Shown piece by piece: positions 36,761 to 50,692 of a DNA stretch of 60,000 nucleotides. The DNA comes from Botryllus schlosseri (Eukaryota): positions 8,992,001 through 9,052,000 of the forward strand of contig CM119371.1 of assembly GCA_051294905.1 (NCBI GenBank). Reading direction: 5' to 3'. The position numbers and the translations under genes were made by a program. The notes below the pieces were generated by a model. It was not told the origin of the DNA, searched no databases, and worked only from the letters and a program-made list of their open reading frames with translations. Position 1 is the first letter of the stretch. Each line of letters starts with the position of its first letter.

Positions 36761-36884
36761 TTGTGTCCCCTGAAACTAGTACGTTTAATAAAGTCGAGCC
36801 CTATTTTGAAAAAATGCTTCAAGTAACCTATTGCTATTTGCTACCGAGTACAGTTCTGTGTGTTATATTCATATATTTACAGTG

Positions 36885-37481
36885 TAGGGCTGTTCAAAAA
36901 TAACTTTTTCCCCCAGATTCAAGCCATTCACTGATTAAATTGTCAGGTTACCGTGAAAAACGCTGTACACAAAATTTGCTTCAATTCTAACAAGTATACG
37001 GCTCCGCAGATCCAATTAAAAATTTTAATTTATTATGATTTTTTTTTTAAATTATCGAATTTTTCTGTCGACCCCACGAAATTGTTGAGCTGTCTTCAAA
37101 TACGATGCAAAACAAATTTGAGTCAATTCCAACAAGTAGAAGCGGAGTTATTTGAGTTTTCCGTTGATAATTCAACAATCAAAGATAATCCGAGAATTAT
37201 CAACGAAAAACTTGAATAGCTCCGCTTCTACATATTGGAATTGACTCAAATTTGTTTTGCATCGTATTTAAAGACAGCTCAACAATTTCGTGGGGTCGAC
37301 AGAAAAATTCGATAACTTTAAAAGAAAAATTCCTAATAAATTAAAATTTTAACTGGATCTGCGGAGCCGTATACTTGTTAAAATTAAATCAAATTTGATG
37401 TGCAGCGTTTGTAGGGTAACCTGAAAATTTAATCAGTGAATGGCTGGAATCCGGGAGAAAAGGTTATTTCTGAACAGCCCT
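36885..37481. mobile_element. Foldback-type palindromic element related to 25139-25757
   Basis: tagggctgttcaaaaataac...gttatttctgaacagccct. Long inverted arms around a central aatcaaagataatccgagaatt. TSD not clear. Confidence 0.88.
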
Positions 37482-38789
37482 CATGCACAGATACCCCGGA
37501 TTTTGCCCACATTGACTCGTGTATAATATGCGCCATATAACCAACTCCAACTAAAGTTGATGGACTATGAGACCAGTCAACTTCAGTTGTTGTTGTTTGT
37601 TGAAACAAAGATTTGTCGCATGTCAGCAATGGCGCAAAAGACCTACAGTTGATAAGCGCTAAATTATTCTTTTAATAAACAACAAGAACAGTAACAACAA
37701 CAATAACTGAAGTTGACTGGTCTCATGGTCCATCGAACCACGACCTCACGCACTCACGTGGATCACTGTAGTGGTAGCGATATATATATTTCCAGCGACC
37801 AGACCTGGAAACGCCAATGAAATACTATTCCTCAAGTAGTTTCGTAGTATTCAGTGAGGTCAGCACCGTTACTCTCAGGCAGTCGGACATATTCCTAGAT
37901 GTAAGATCTAATTCATGGATGAGTGCAATTCCTAACAAGCTCCTTAAGCATCCCCCAATCAGCCACCATATCCCCAAAATACGCCGGCCATCAATTGTTA
38001 CTGTATCATAGAGTCTGCTATCATTCATACAGCAAGATCATTAGAACATTGTAACGAAACCACCCTGTATTTTTTTTGTTATATCACTAGGCTAGACAAC
38101 GGAGTCACAACTGGAAGTTGTTGTTGGTGGTGGTCTGTTTGTTTGCGGTATTCATTGTGTTTGGCGACTACTAATGGTCATTTACACCATAGGCCGATAT
38201 TGTTCATAATTTTCCGTAACTGCCGACTTATAGCACGGCCCACCTCTATGCTTTTCATAAGACACCGCGTACGCCAATGAGGTGGCAAGGAGGGGCCTAG
38301 CAAAACCTCCAACACTTAGGGTGGATTGCACAGATGTCGATTAATCCCTAATCGCCGATTAAACGTCAGTAATCGGCTGGCTTCCGTGGCACAGATGCCG
38401 ATCTGCCAGTAATCGGCGAATTTTAATCGGCAAAATGTTATCCGCCGAGCGAGGTGTCTAGAAAGTTAATCGGCTGTGTGCTTCGCGTTGACTGCGGTCT
38501 GGGTTGGCTACAGGTACACTAGTATTTGGTATTGAGATGGTGTTAACGGGATGCTCTGACGTGCAGTTGCGTTATTAGCTGAAAACATTGTACTCAGGCA
38601 CTACTACAACTGTTGGCGCATATTATGGGCGTGGGCCTACCACAGCCGATAGTACCTTATGCTATGATTACCGGTATGACATTTTTTACAGACTGTAATG
38701 TACAGTGTACAACTGTACATACACTGTACAGAATTCGATAGTATACTTTTGAAATAGAATACGAGGACGGAAAATTGCAACAGACAGGA

Positions 38790-40359
38790 AAAGTTTAGAA
38801 TAATAGCAAAAAAGTTATATGCATCACGACGCGTCGAACGGGCCAAACTGGCCCACCTCCAGTTGACGAACTCCTTGGAAAAGGTTTTCGATAGGTAATT
38901 TTACTGACAATTCTTTAAAATTCGCAGTAGGAGATGTATTGTTTCCATCTGTGTTTATCGTGACTCTCTGCGTGCTTCATACTCACGTTTTAACGCTCGT
39001 TTTGAACCGAATAGACAAATTTTGATGATCATGAGAAACATGGATTTATTGTCTTTTTGTAATTCCCAACAAACTAACCATATCCAGAGACTGCTGCACG
39101 TCATCAGCTATACGAAAACGCCACATGGGGAACACTGCTCAGCAAATTCCTAATCTGAACCGCTCCTTGATCAATCTGCAATTGATTTTTATAGCACTGG
39201 TATATTTATTATCACTTTTCAGACCTTATTCCATCTCAAATTGAATGTTTGAAACATCGGTATGACTACGATTGCGTATTCGATAGTCACACGAACAATG
39301 GTGAGTGCATTTAGGACATAAACTTTTTTAATATGTTACAACCAACGACAGAGGAACTTGCATCCAATTTTAACTTGCAACAGTCTGGCTACTGTGCTGT
39401 GCAGGTGCCTGAGCAGTATCGTTGGCCATATTATTGTTAGGCTTCCAACTTGACTTGAAGATATGACTTCGAGTCAGGATTTCTCATACCGTATGTCATA
39501 TTGAAGCAGTGACTCGAGTCAAATCCATTCATCCTATTCCAACTCGAGTCAAGACATGATTTTAGTCATCCATCCTTTCTATGTTTCGCGAGGTTAAGAT
39601 AAACCGTGAAAAAATAATTTGAAAGTAATTTTTCTAATGTATTTCTAACTAAAATTTTTAAATAAAATGTTTATTCAGATGCATAATCCGAAGATTCAGT
39701 TTGCACCTTCATCATCGACGAGGATGTGAACGCAGAGGCTGGTTCTTCATGTCATAACAGCGATGGTAAGTTGAGGTACTAATTTGAAATCCATATGAAT
39801 CGTGTTCGTACTAACATAGCCACACTAATACTTCAAATAGAACATTGCGGGTTGTTTTGATTGACATTAACATTGCTCTATTGAATTTGAACTCTATTGA
39901 ATCAATACAACTGTTGTTAACCATAGTTTTCTTGCAGCAAATGAAATTGCTGCCCTTTTCGTTGTTGATGGCGATGTGACGCTTCCTTCAGTTGCCTCGA
40001 CAGACTTCAGGATGGAACACCAGACCGGTAAGTGTTAGCATACAATGATGGTGATGCAACCCACAGTTTATTCATTACTACATTCAGATATGCAAGATGA
40101 GACAGCATTACGACATTCAGATATGCAAGATGAGACAGAGAACACAAAAAGCTCAACGCCAATTGTCTCGAAAAAGAGAGCCAGGTGTGTTGATGAAAAA
40201 AATCATATTTTAACTATAATGTTGGTGATCAAAATGTGGTGTTCAGAAATGAGCGTCCTGGAAATGGCAAAGGAGCAGCATGATATCAGAATGAAACATT
40301 TTGAATTACAGATGCATGTCAAGTACCAGAAACTGGAAATGGAAGAACTGCAAAATTGA
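38790..40359 (+). pseudogene. Harbinger accessory (Myb/SANT-like) gene remnant, multi-exon (e.g. 39679-39765, 39938-40027, ~40118-40183, 40247-40359)
   Basis: Series of short GT-AG exons encoding an acidic linker and a C-terminal coiled coil (EMAKEQHDIRMKHFELQMHVKYQKLEMEELQN*). TGPPP-like motif near 38850. In-frame stop at ~39684. The Myb domain itself is not clearly readable. Confidence 0.5.
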
Positions 40360-40786
40360 GAAAATACAGCAACGAATCAAAATAGCACAAAAACCAGACT
40401 TGGACAACTAGTTAATTGGGGCTGTATAATTAGAATAGTAAGTGCAAAATGCCAGTAATATAATTCTAACTTAATTTCTGGTTTTGCTGAAAATTCTACA
40501 GTAGAACTCTACAATACTAAGCGAGTTGTGCAGATTCAATTTCCAAATTTTCACATATTCAGTAATCCCTATTCTAATTTAATTGAAAAATAACTACTGT
40601 GTCTATAATTCTATTCTAATTTGGAAAAATATGCAGCCATAATTATCATTATAGTCTTAATTTTGAAAAGTTGATTTTCTAGTTGTCCAATTCTGACGAC
40701 AGCATAGGCTACTGGATCTCGTAATAAAAATAATTGACGAGGAATTGAATGTGGGGTTTTTGGTGTTCAAACACGAGATGAAATAC

Positions 40787-40960
40787 TCAAGACATTCCGA
40801 CAGAGAAGTGATTTTGAACAATCTGTCTGCGCTGAAGTTGTGCCGTCACGTTATCCGTGTCGCTAACCTCCAGGGTATATTCCAATGGATTTGCTCTGTC
40901 TTTGACCAATCTTCTTGGCACTCTCTCTTCTGCTTGGCTCTCTAACATCTGGAGGGCAGC
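40787..40960 (-). pseudogene. Harbinger DDE nuclease remnant: N-terminal and C-terminal motifs fused by internal deletion
   Basis: RRLVKDRANPLEY (typical HARBI1-like N-terminus) is followed ~15 aa later by QRRQIVQNHF (typical C-terminus). No DDE core. Confidence 0.55.
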
Positions 40961-41675
40961 AAGAACATTGGGGTATGGATCCGTGGTTATTCTCAGTCGA
41001 TATTGCACTATATTAATATAGCTCTCTATAAAAACAGGTTGTATTGAATTTTATGGTTTACCAAATTCTTGATAAACTGAAGCGGGGTTTGGCTGTCAAC
41101 AAACAAGATTACTCAACTGGGTAACAGCAGATAACTTTGCATTGCAAAATTGTAAAATAAATGCATTACTGTTTGTACAGCACTTGGGCACATGTATGCA
41201 TATGACTTATTATATGATAACATCGTCACATTGCACAACAGTTGGATCCTTGCAATGGCTGAAATTTACTTCTACACTCCTGCAGAACCAATTGTCATTG
41301 GTATGGAGAAATCAAAATCGTATGCAAATGTGTGTGTATGAACTCAATTTGTATATCTTCAACTTCATATTGGTGAAGTGGCTATCATGACTAATGCACC
41401 AATAAACGGAAAATAAAATTATATCTGAAAAGTGTCTATCTAGTTCTAGATGTCCCTGAGTAATGAGATAAATGTCCTGCAATATACGAAATTTGTAGTG
41501 GAGTTTCTGGCATAGCAATACCGGTATAAGACGATGATTTTGGTACGCTATTCCTACAATACCTCTTTTCATAACCTCAAAACGTTTGTTCTGACGCGTT
41601 CTGGCGTTCATGACCTTACACTGTGCAGTAGCAACAGTTTAGTTAGCTGCTACACGCACATGACATCAACTAAAC

Positions 41676-43206
41676 CAGTGGTTCTTAACCTTTTTTCGTC
41701 CAGCGCCCCCTTTCAAAAATTATCGTGCTCCAGCGCCCCCCTCAACTTCATATTATAAGGAATGTAATAAAGACAATGAGTACGAGGGAGGGCCGTAACA
41801 GCACTTCGTCAACCCCCCTAAAAACGATTGCCTTGCGCACCCATAGCGTGATAAACCGAACTTCTGAGGGCTTCGCCCCCAAGAACCCCATATCGTGATT
41901 TTGATGGTCAGCAAAGTTTGTGTGGCCTGGTCGCCCTAGGTACCAAAATTTGCTATAATGCATGGTAATTACATTTATAAGTCGCTATAAACTTTTTATC
42001 CTCTCAGCCCACGTAATCAGATTTACCAGTAGCACTGAGTGAGCTGTTGTATAGGAAAATAAGGGGCACGTAATTAATAACCAAACATATTCGGGCGTTC
42101 CCGCAGGTACAATTATTCGTTACCAGGGCCGTAACAGCACTTCGTCAGCCCCCCTCCCCAAACATAAAACGTTGGTCCTGGGCTCCCATCGGGTGATAAA
42201 CCAAACTTCCGGGGGACTTCGCTCCAAGACCCCCATTAGGCTGTCCGCTATTTGCTGATAGCCTATTAGGTCTCTACATTGGGTGTACATTTACTGAGGG
42301 AGCTATTCTCGCGTAGTCGCGCGATGTGCGAAAAATTTCACTAATTAATGATTGAATTGGTCAATATCATCGGGAATTGCATGTAAATTGAGATCAATTT
42401 TTATCCCCTCTCTGCTCACGTAAACACATTTACCGGTAGAGCTGAGTTAGGTGCAATGTTCCCTCTAAGCTGCGCACGTGCGCAGTGCTGACACGGTCTC
42501 TGCGCACAGAAAATCTACGTTGCGCACAACAAATCCGGAGTTATTACCTTTTTTTAGTCGTTACGCACTGTTGTCCAAGGATCAGCGCAGTGAGTTGTTG
42601 AGTGTGCGCAGACTCATCAAAACTTAAAGCGAACATTGTGAGGTTTCTTGGAAACTGTAGGGCCCGTTACCAATAATTAAACATATTCGGGCAGGCGAAC
42701 CCGTTGGTATGACCTCGTTACATGATGTTATTTCGTGACCCCCTGTCTGCAATATAAAAAATATAGAATCGCTCAACGGGGATATCGCCCAACAGGAATA
42801 TCCCTGTCGCCCAATCGTACTAAACTAAAAGACGCACACGATTTCAGATTGGTATTTCTTCACTGACGTATAATTTTTCCCTGCCAGATGGAATTCGTCT
42901 TCTGGGGTTCAGATTTCCAAGACAGGAACATTCGGTGTCAGCCATTTAGGCGCCCATGGACAATTAAACCTATATGTATTTTGAAGGTTATATGTAACGA
43001 AGTTTTCGGTGTTAATTTGCTCTGAATACTCATTAAGGATATGTCCTATCACCACATCATCTACTGCGAAGCCATTTTTCTCCAGCGCCCCCCATACCGC
43101 CCCCCTGAGCCCAGCGCCCCCCATATCGCCCCCTGAGCGTTTCCGCCCCCCTTCAACATCGCCAGCGCCCCCCGGGGGGCGCTGGGGGCAAGGTTAAGAA
43201 CCACTG
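41676..43206. mobile_element. hAT-Charlie-like MITE (TIR CAGTGGTTCTTAACCTT) with CCAGCGCCCCC repeats, nested in the Harbinger; contains a small nested element at 42454-42638
   Basis: Perfect TSD aactaaac. The inner element has TIR caatgttc...gaacattg. Confidence 0.9.
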
Positions 43207-44133
43207 AACTAAACATACATATCTATGAAGAGCGCATCTCTCCCTTATGACGACACAGTTCATATCGCCACCAACCGAAAACAGCTGATTGCTAACGTAC
43301 GTCATTTGCGTCAGTAATCCGCGATAAGATAACTCACAGGCGAATCCGTATCTGTACCACAGAGTCACCAGGTGACCTTGCTCGCTGATTAAATTATCGC
43401 CGATTAAGGCAATCGGTGATTACTTTTCAATCGGCATCCGTGCAATCCACCCTTAGGTATCATAATTCTGAAGTCGACCTCGGTCGGACTCAAACCCGCA
43501 CCCATTGGTGTTGCAGTCGCGGATTATTCCACTGCGCTATCTCGCCACTTGTTATAGTTATTTCACTAGGCTGGACAACGGGCCCAGAAGTTGTTGTTGG
43601 TGGTGGTGGTATTGGTGGCGTTTGTCAATCACAGTGGTCATTTACACCAGGCCGATATTCTTTACTGTGTTTCCATATCTTCCGATTTGTAGCACCGCCC
43701 AGTTTCAGGTTTTTATAAGTCACGACACACGGATGAAGTCACTGGAAGGAGCCTAGATAAACCTCCAACACCTGGGAAATGATTCCTTGAGTCGATGATT
43801 CTATTGCGATATGTCACAGTCAGAATTCGATCCGGTACCCCGATCAGACTTCAAGTAATGATGAACAAGACCACTAAGCGAAAAAACGAGATACCAATCA
43901 GCTTCGCAAATTAGTGAGCCCGTATCCGGATTCACTTTGACAAGTATCGTTGTAGCTGAAAGCGCCATTCTACTAGCAACATGTTGTCTTGTGCAGCACT
44001 TCCTCATTGCATTGCTCCGTACCTAATATTGACGAAAGCTACCACTAATGTCCAAGATGAAGGCGCGACTATGAATTAATCTATATTACCGAAGTGTTGA
44101 TATTGTTCTGAACAGTTGATAGCTTTTTAAATA

Positions 44134-47100
44134 ATGAGTTCTGGTAATGCGGACCAACAACGTTCTACTCCCAGTATGTCGAAGGATGGATCGCTGAAGG
44201 AAACGCGCGACAAGTCCGACGATGATGAAACCGGTTATGATGTCGAAGAAGAACAAAAAAGTAAGCTCATGAAATCATATGGGCAAAGCACCCTATTCGT
44301 GATAGATGTAGTTGTTCTGTTCTAGGCCTAATTGCTTGACGAAAGTATTTTCAGTAGAACAGGACTATGTATCTCTTACGTAAATAAGTATGGACTTGGG
44401 ATCGCGGTAATTACAGGAGGCAAGCCCCTCTAGACACATGACAAGAGGAATGTAGAAAAAATGATTGTAATCCACACTAATGACGATATTTTTCAACTGG
44501 AATTGCAAATGAATGTTTGAATATTGGCACAGTAAAATTGGTCACACCTATCTTAAAAAACAAAGAGGGGATGAGGTAATAAATACACGAGATGAAGCTT
44601 AGTATATGCCTCCTACTAGTTAGGGTATGAAGAACTACTAGCATCCGAGCTGAGCATTCTTCCTAATTGGGGAGAGACACAAAGATTACAGTACTCGAAT
44701 CGAGCATTACCTTTGATAGTTCTAGTCGGGCAGTGAGAACGGATTCTGCTGAAATTATGTGCGCCTTGCATTGCTGGGATGACTGCTGAGTCATGAATTG
44801 ACTCGAGTCACCTTTTTCGTAAAGTCCTCAAGTAATCGTTGTCGATAAAAATCATGTGCTCGGATTGTTCGCGAAACGCAGGTGTAAGTGTAACCCGTGA
44901 GAGCGACCAATCATTCAATGGTCGTGCGTTTTACTGAGCCTTCACAAACGGAGTGATCAAAGCTTACAGCTTACGTTGTCCTAAACTAGTGGTAAAGTAA
45001 TTTAATAGAAAAATATCCATTTCTGTTCTCAGCTCTTACCTTAATCTAACGTCTTGTTTTATTGAATTTGAATTCGAATATAGCTTATATACTCCTCAAC
45101 CATTGGCGCAGGCTCGAGTTGTATCATATCATAGCAATATGTAAATGGGTAAAGGGTAATGTATTGCATCTTATAAATTCGTTTCTCTATTCTCTATTTT
45201 GGTTGGTACCTATAAACTGAGGTTACGTATATGTGAGCGATACAGCTCCTTCTTGGGTTTATATTCAACTCTGTATTCGTTCATCGGTTCAGAATCGGTG
45301 ACCAATGGCCACTCAATCTGTATTACAGACAGCTAGCAAAATGTAATGACGTAATCATGCCTCTTACTCCGAGAGGTAACCTGACTCGTGATTTGACTTG
45401 ACTCGAGTCACTTCCAAAATTTGAGTGACTTGACTTGACTCGAGTCAACATGTGTCATAACTCTAAATGACTCGCAACTCGAAGGATGTGACTTGATCGA
45501 AACACTGGCGCATTGGCACTATTATTTAATTTATAAATGTGAATGAAACTTTCTATACTATTTACCGCGGTTGAAACCTCGATTAGTCGTATCGCAGCAT
45601 ACGAAACATGCAGACTTGTACAAAACAAACATTTAGTTAGTTGATTGTCAACTAACCAACGGTTTTTGAGAAGTTCTACTTCTAGTTCTGGTTGCTGATT
45701 TTGAAAATTGAGTAGTTGTAGTTCTAGTTCTAGTTGCAGATTTCAAAAATTCTATAGTTCTAGCGCGTGGCACATTTGAAAAAATTAGTTGCCGAACAAA
45801 TAGAAAACACGTGTCGTGGTTTTGGGCGAATTGAGATGCCGTTTTTTTATTGATTGATGTTTGTGCAGCCATTGCTCGCTCAGTTCCATCACTGCTAATA
45901 GTGGCGTAGCTTTTTTGGATCGTCATCTCCCATTTCAAACTAGAAATCCCATTTTTTGAAATATCGATTCAATTTCCGATATTTCCGATAAAATAAAAAT
46001 TATTGTGTTGACTAGGAGAATGAAATCCAGATGGGCAATAATTTTATGAGAATAACAGGCCGGAAAATGTTGGCGAGCTAAGTCAAAAGTTTGCACTATA
46101 CTTGGCGGTGCATCTATTTCTAATAATTTATAAAGTGAAAGCAGTGAATTACGTGATTAACACAAGCTTTGGGTGAATATGTTACTATTGGGAAATTAAG
46201 AATTTATAATTTAGGTTGCCAAATTAGTCAACATTGGTACTTAGGTAATGTCAAAACTACATCAAACTACATCAATTTTTCGGAACAGCTCAAACCTAAT
46301 CTTGCAGATAATGAAAATGCGAAAGACGCAGCGACCATGGGGATTGACAAAGAGCAACCATCAACTTCTTCGGGTGCCACTAGAACTAATCAGAAGGAGT
46401 CGGATAAGATACAGGAAAGCGTTGCATGCGGTGAGACAAGTAAATCAGCACAAGACTGCGAAATACCGCGCGAATCAGTATTGCATGCGGTCACCGCTGG
46501 AGGAGTCGGTCCACAGATCTCCGGAGAGTTGCTACCGACCAGAATTATATATAGAAGAGCGCAACTAGATGAATATGCTTCTATGGCAGCGCCAACACCA
46601 ATATCACGTGAGTTTTCCCTAGGGCAGTAAACCAGAAAACTAGTCAAGGATCAACTTGTTAGCCAATTTGGCGTTGTTTATTCCCGTGCTCCACTAGACG
46701 AACATCAATAACACTGGTCTACACCTTTCGAAAAACTTTTTGCGATAAAAATTTCATTGATTTATTTAGGCTAATTTAAGGTTGCTGAATCCGATTCTGT
46801 GCTCAGAATTTCTCTATCGCGCCAGATTTTTTCTGTATGAAATCGTCTCTTATCTATAAATTAATCGAATTTCGGCTTTCGTTAGTAACATCACGGTTTG
46901 CGGTTAGCATACACCAGCAACAGATCAAATATTGTTATTGTAATCATGTGTCATGAAACCAGGGTTTTGTATGTAGTTTTCTCATTTTCATAAATTAATC
47001 AAATTTCGGCATTCGTTAGCAACAGTTCAAGTATTGTTATTGAAATGATTTGTAATGATGAAACCTTGGTTGTTGTAGAACAAAATAACTGAGTTTTCGA

Positions 47101-49003
47101 TGACCTTCAATCCAATGGTTCTCTATATTCTTTCGATCAGGACCTTTTTGGAGCCATAATATATATGTGGATGCAACTATTTTTAGTCGGTAGCAGTTAT
47201 CAACTTGATATCCCATTCTTAGTTTAAATATTATGATAGATCCGTACCTAATTTAGTTCCCTACGTTCTCTATCTTTACATATCTGTCCTGCAGACTTAA
47301 CCGGTCAATGCATTTTTGACAGCGCACTGCTCATTTGTAACACGGTAATGGTTGCAAACAATAAACATTGTATTGTTGGTATATCATGAAGAAGAGAATT
47401 GTTCACTGCGGCACATGACCCAAATATGTGGCCCGTTCAGCTTGTTTAAACATTAAAAGAAACAGGATGTCTGCTTCTCCAAATAAAAAAGTGATTATTA
47501 TGATAACTTGAAAGAATTTGTCATCATTAATCTCCGCCTTTACTTTTCATGCTAATTCTTTTTCTCCAGTTTCCATATACTGTCACATTTTATCCGAATG
47601 GAGGAAAGCTGTTTCTGAACTGTTTTTCTTTTGTTTTATTGCCATGATACAAAGGGATACTTTTGCATTGTCTATTATAGACAACCAGAAGAATGGAGAC
47701 TGCTTACTAACACGAAACTTGAAGTGCGTGTTACTTCACAATATGAATACATACGCATCGGTTCTAGGACAGTCGATTCGTCTCGTCATAGGACATTCTG
47801 TGGCTTACACCAAATACCATTTGTTCTATGCTGAAACAGGGGCAGAGATGAACACTGGTTGATTTCTATTGATGTTTTTAAATGGTTTCGGGGCTTTTGG
47901 TTATTGTTTTGCATAATTAAACGCCAGTGACCTATTTAGACACGAAAAATAGGTCGACACTGTCGGGGGGAAAGTGATAACCTTCAGGCTGACAAATACT
48001 GATATAAGCGTTACGGAACATAAATAAATGCCCTAGGTATATGTATGCTCATCGTCCGACTTAGTCACAATGCCATATTCGCATTATTATTGGATAATTT
48101 TTTTTTATAATGCGTCTCTTCGACGCCTGGCGTCCCTATTCGCAAACGATCGAATGATGTCTCAGAGAGAGAGAAAGAGATATGGTATTCTTTTTCGCGT
48201 GCACCATCGAGATGCTTTGACGACGGAGATGCGATACGGCCTTTATAGTAAGGTCATCTAGTCTGCACCCCCGTTTTTTCTCCTCTCAAGTCGGGGTGTG
48301 GGCGATACGTATGTATCAGAAAATGCATTATCTTCGAGATTGAATCTAAATGTCATGATGTAACTTTATGCCTAAAACTTCGCAAGAAATGGCGCGTAGG
48401 TGAATGTCTCAATAATCCACAGGTCATTTGTGATTGAAGAAGCAATCTTTTGATAAGGCTGGCACTCCAGGATAAGAATTTAGGGTTGCTAATGATTAAA
48501 TCGAATGACTAATTGCTTTGCCGTTGTTGAATGCTTGCGAACCAGAAGTGTTTGCATTTTCCATCTATTGATCCCATGTCCAGTGGACATTGTCCACCAA
48601 ACGTTCCCTATTGCGGTAACGACAAACTCATGATAGCACTTCAATCTCAATAGGTCAGCAATCTAAAAGGATCCACCGCCATCTCGCAAGGCGAACGGTG
48701 TGCCGGAAGAAGGCGATGATCTATACGGTGGTGGTCGCAGCTTGCGTCACGTGCACCGTTTTGGTACTCATTGCCACCGGCGCGGCAGTGCTGCCGGACG
48801 CCGACATACGAACGGTCAGCATTTACGCGACGATTTCCAGCATGATCTTGCTTCTTTGTTTCTTCGCCTGTAGTAGTCTGTGGCTCGTGAGAGTATCGAC
48901 AAGTGTGCTAGATGTTCCAGCTGGGAAGAATGACAGGAAGGATTCCGGCGGTGATGACGACGCCAGCGCATCGACCCCTGTACAAGAAGACGCAGCGGAT
49001 TGA
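44134..49003 (+). CDS. Copy C, uncharacterised two-TM membrane protein (258 aa); coding exons 44134-44260, 46308-46607, 48654-49003
   Basis: Canonical phase-1 junctions (A|gtaagc; cttgcag|AT; TCAC|gtgagt; aatag|GT). Continuous ORF with conserved motifs LKETR..DDDE, LP.RII.RRAQL.E.A.MAAPTP, QQSKRIHRHLARRT, LPDAD and two TM helices. Confidence 0.85.
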
Positions 49004-50692
49004 ATGATGCGAGTTTAACTCGCCATCGTGTGGTTGATCAATAATAACTAAAATATTCTAAATCTCATTGTCAAGTTAGTGAAATTCTTGGGTTTTGCAG
49101 AAACCGTTGCCCATTAGATTTGGCTTCAAACTATTGTAGTAGATAACTTAGAATTGCGGCGAGAAATTCGATCTATAATAATAAATTGCCCCCTTCCAGT
49201 TTTATCATTAGCAAAGCTTCGCCACGTTGAAATTGGTCAAAGCTGATGTGTGGCGTTTTGTTTAGGGAACCCAATAATTTTATCGACCAGTCAGTAAACT
49301 ATCAGAACAAAAGTTATTCTTGAACATCGCATATTTAAGTAGTATTCAAAAATAAAAAGTGCTTTACCTCGGGTGATACGTTCTGTGCAACTATGGGTGC
49401 AAATATGGCTTCCCCGTCACGCACATTTATCGTTTGATCAGGCGCGAAATTGTCGGTCACTTTTCCGGCCGGAGTACTGCAATGCCTCTTGTAATCCCAC
49501 ATTCAATTTTAAGTACGTCTACATGCATGGAGTACCGAGTTTTCGTGTCGTAAAAGGAATTCATTTTGAATATGAAAAAATATATTTGTGTGTGGACTGG
49601 CATTGAAAAACATGTTCCGTGTGATCTTGGATAAGTGTATTACTTGTCATGGGCCATGTTCTGCCCAATGATGTGACAGAAGGGGAGCATCTGCAGATTG
49701 TCATTTGAGCCTGTTGAATACTTACGAAAATCTGATGATGTCAAGTAAACGTTACAGAACCATCTTTGAGAGGGAGAATAATTCGTGGCAATCTAGCACT
49801 TCGAGTATCCTGGGCGCCGAGATAGAGTACTATTACGTTGCGCCGCCGCAATGACGGATTGCAGGTTCACGTCCTATTAAGATCGTCTGCATAATCCCTC
49901 CGTGCGTGTCGGAGGTTTATATCGGCTCCTGTGAGCCATCCGTTCCCCGTAAATAGTCCAATCAGGAACGAAAGAGGGTCATGCTATAGATTGGCTTCTC
50001 AGGAATCATAATGAGCAGTTTCAGCAATACCTAAAGTCCAAGATTTGGCGAGATGATGATTAAGAAAAGAAAGGGGTAGTCTAATTGCATCATTTGATTG
50101 TTCGGCCCGAGGTTCTATGATGGCGGTGACTAGAAGAAAGGTAAACATTTTGGGCCACATCTTCAAATCACGACCCATTTACACGGGTGAAGACCTTTTG
50201 TTTAGTTGCCAGCTTCTAAAATTCTACTATATGTGGCTGAGTTGGCGTTCCATTGACATTGACAAATGGATGCCCCGGTTTTATTCTTGGCAGTATCGCG
50301 TTCTGAGCGTCCTAGGTATCCAAGATTCTAATCGCGTAAGTCGCTGAGCTTACATCGGACTTACAAGAAAGGCTCCGATCAAGGACGAATTCAGGGAAGA
50401 GAATGGAAATAGGGAGGGACCTAAAACATGAAAGATCAAGGTCGAACACCGCTACATTTCGCATTAGGTTATGATAATGACAGATTGAGAGAGCGTGCTT
50501 GGTCGTTTCACCGTTCTTTTGTTTGTTCATACATCGCTCTGTATGTTGCGTGTCTTCAGCGGACTATGCCATGCTAAGGATTTACTTAATTTTTGCTGTA
50601 CGTCGACCTTGTTTACCACAATGCTATGCAATTACATTCAAAACAGAAGTGACGATCTAACTCTGAATAGTTGACAGTTCATTTTCTTAAAC

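Larger units (their letters stand above)
38319..43452. mobile_element. PIF/Harbinger element (5.1 kb, defective) inserted into a family-1 SINE
   Basis: TIR GGGTGGATTGCAC(A/G)GATG. 3-bp TTA TSD. AATCGG subterminal repeats. Two convergent gene remnants. The SINE halves rejoin across the insertion. Confidence 0.88.
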
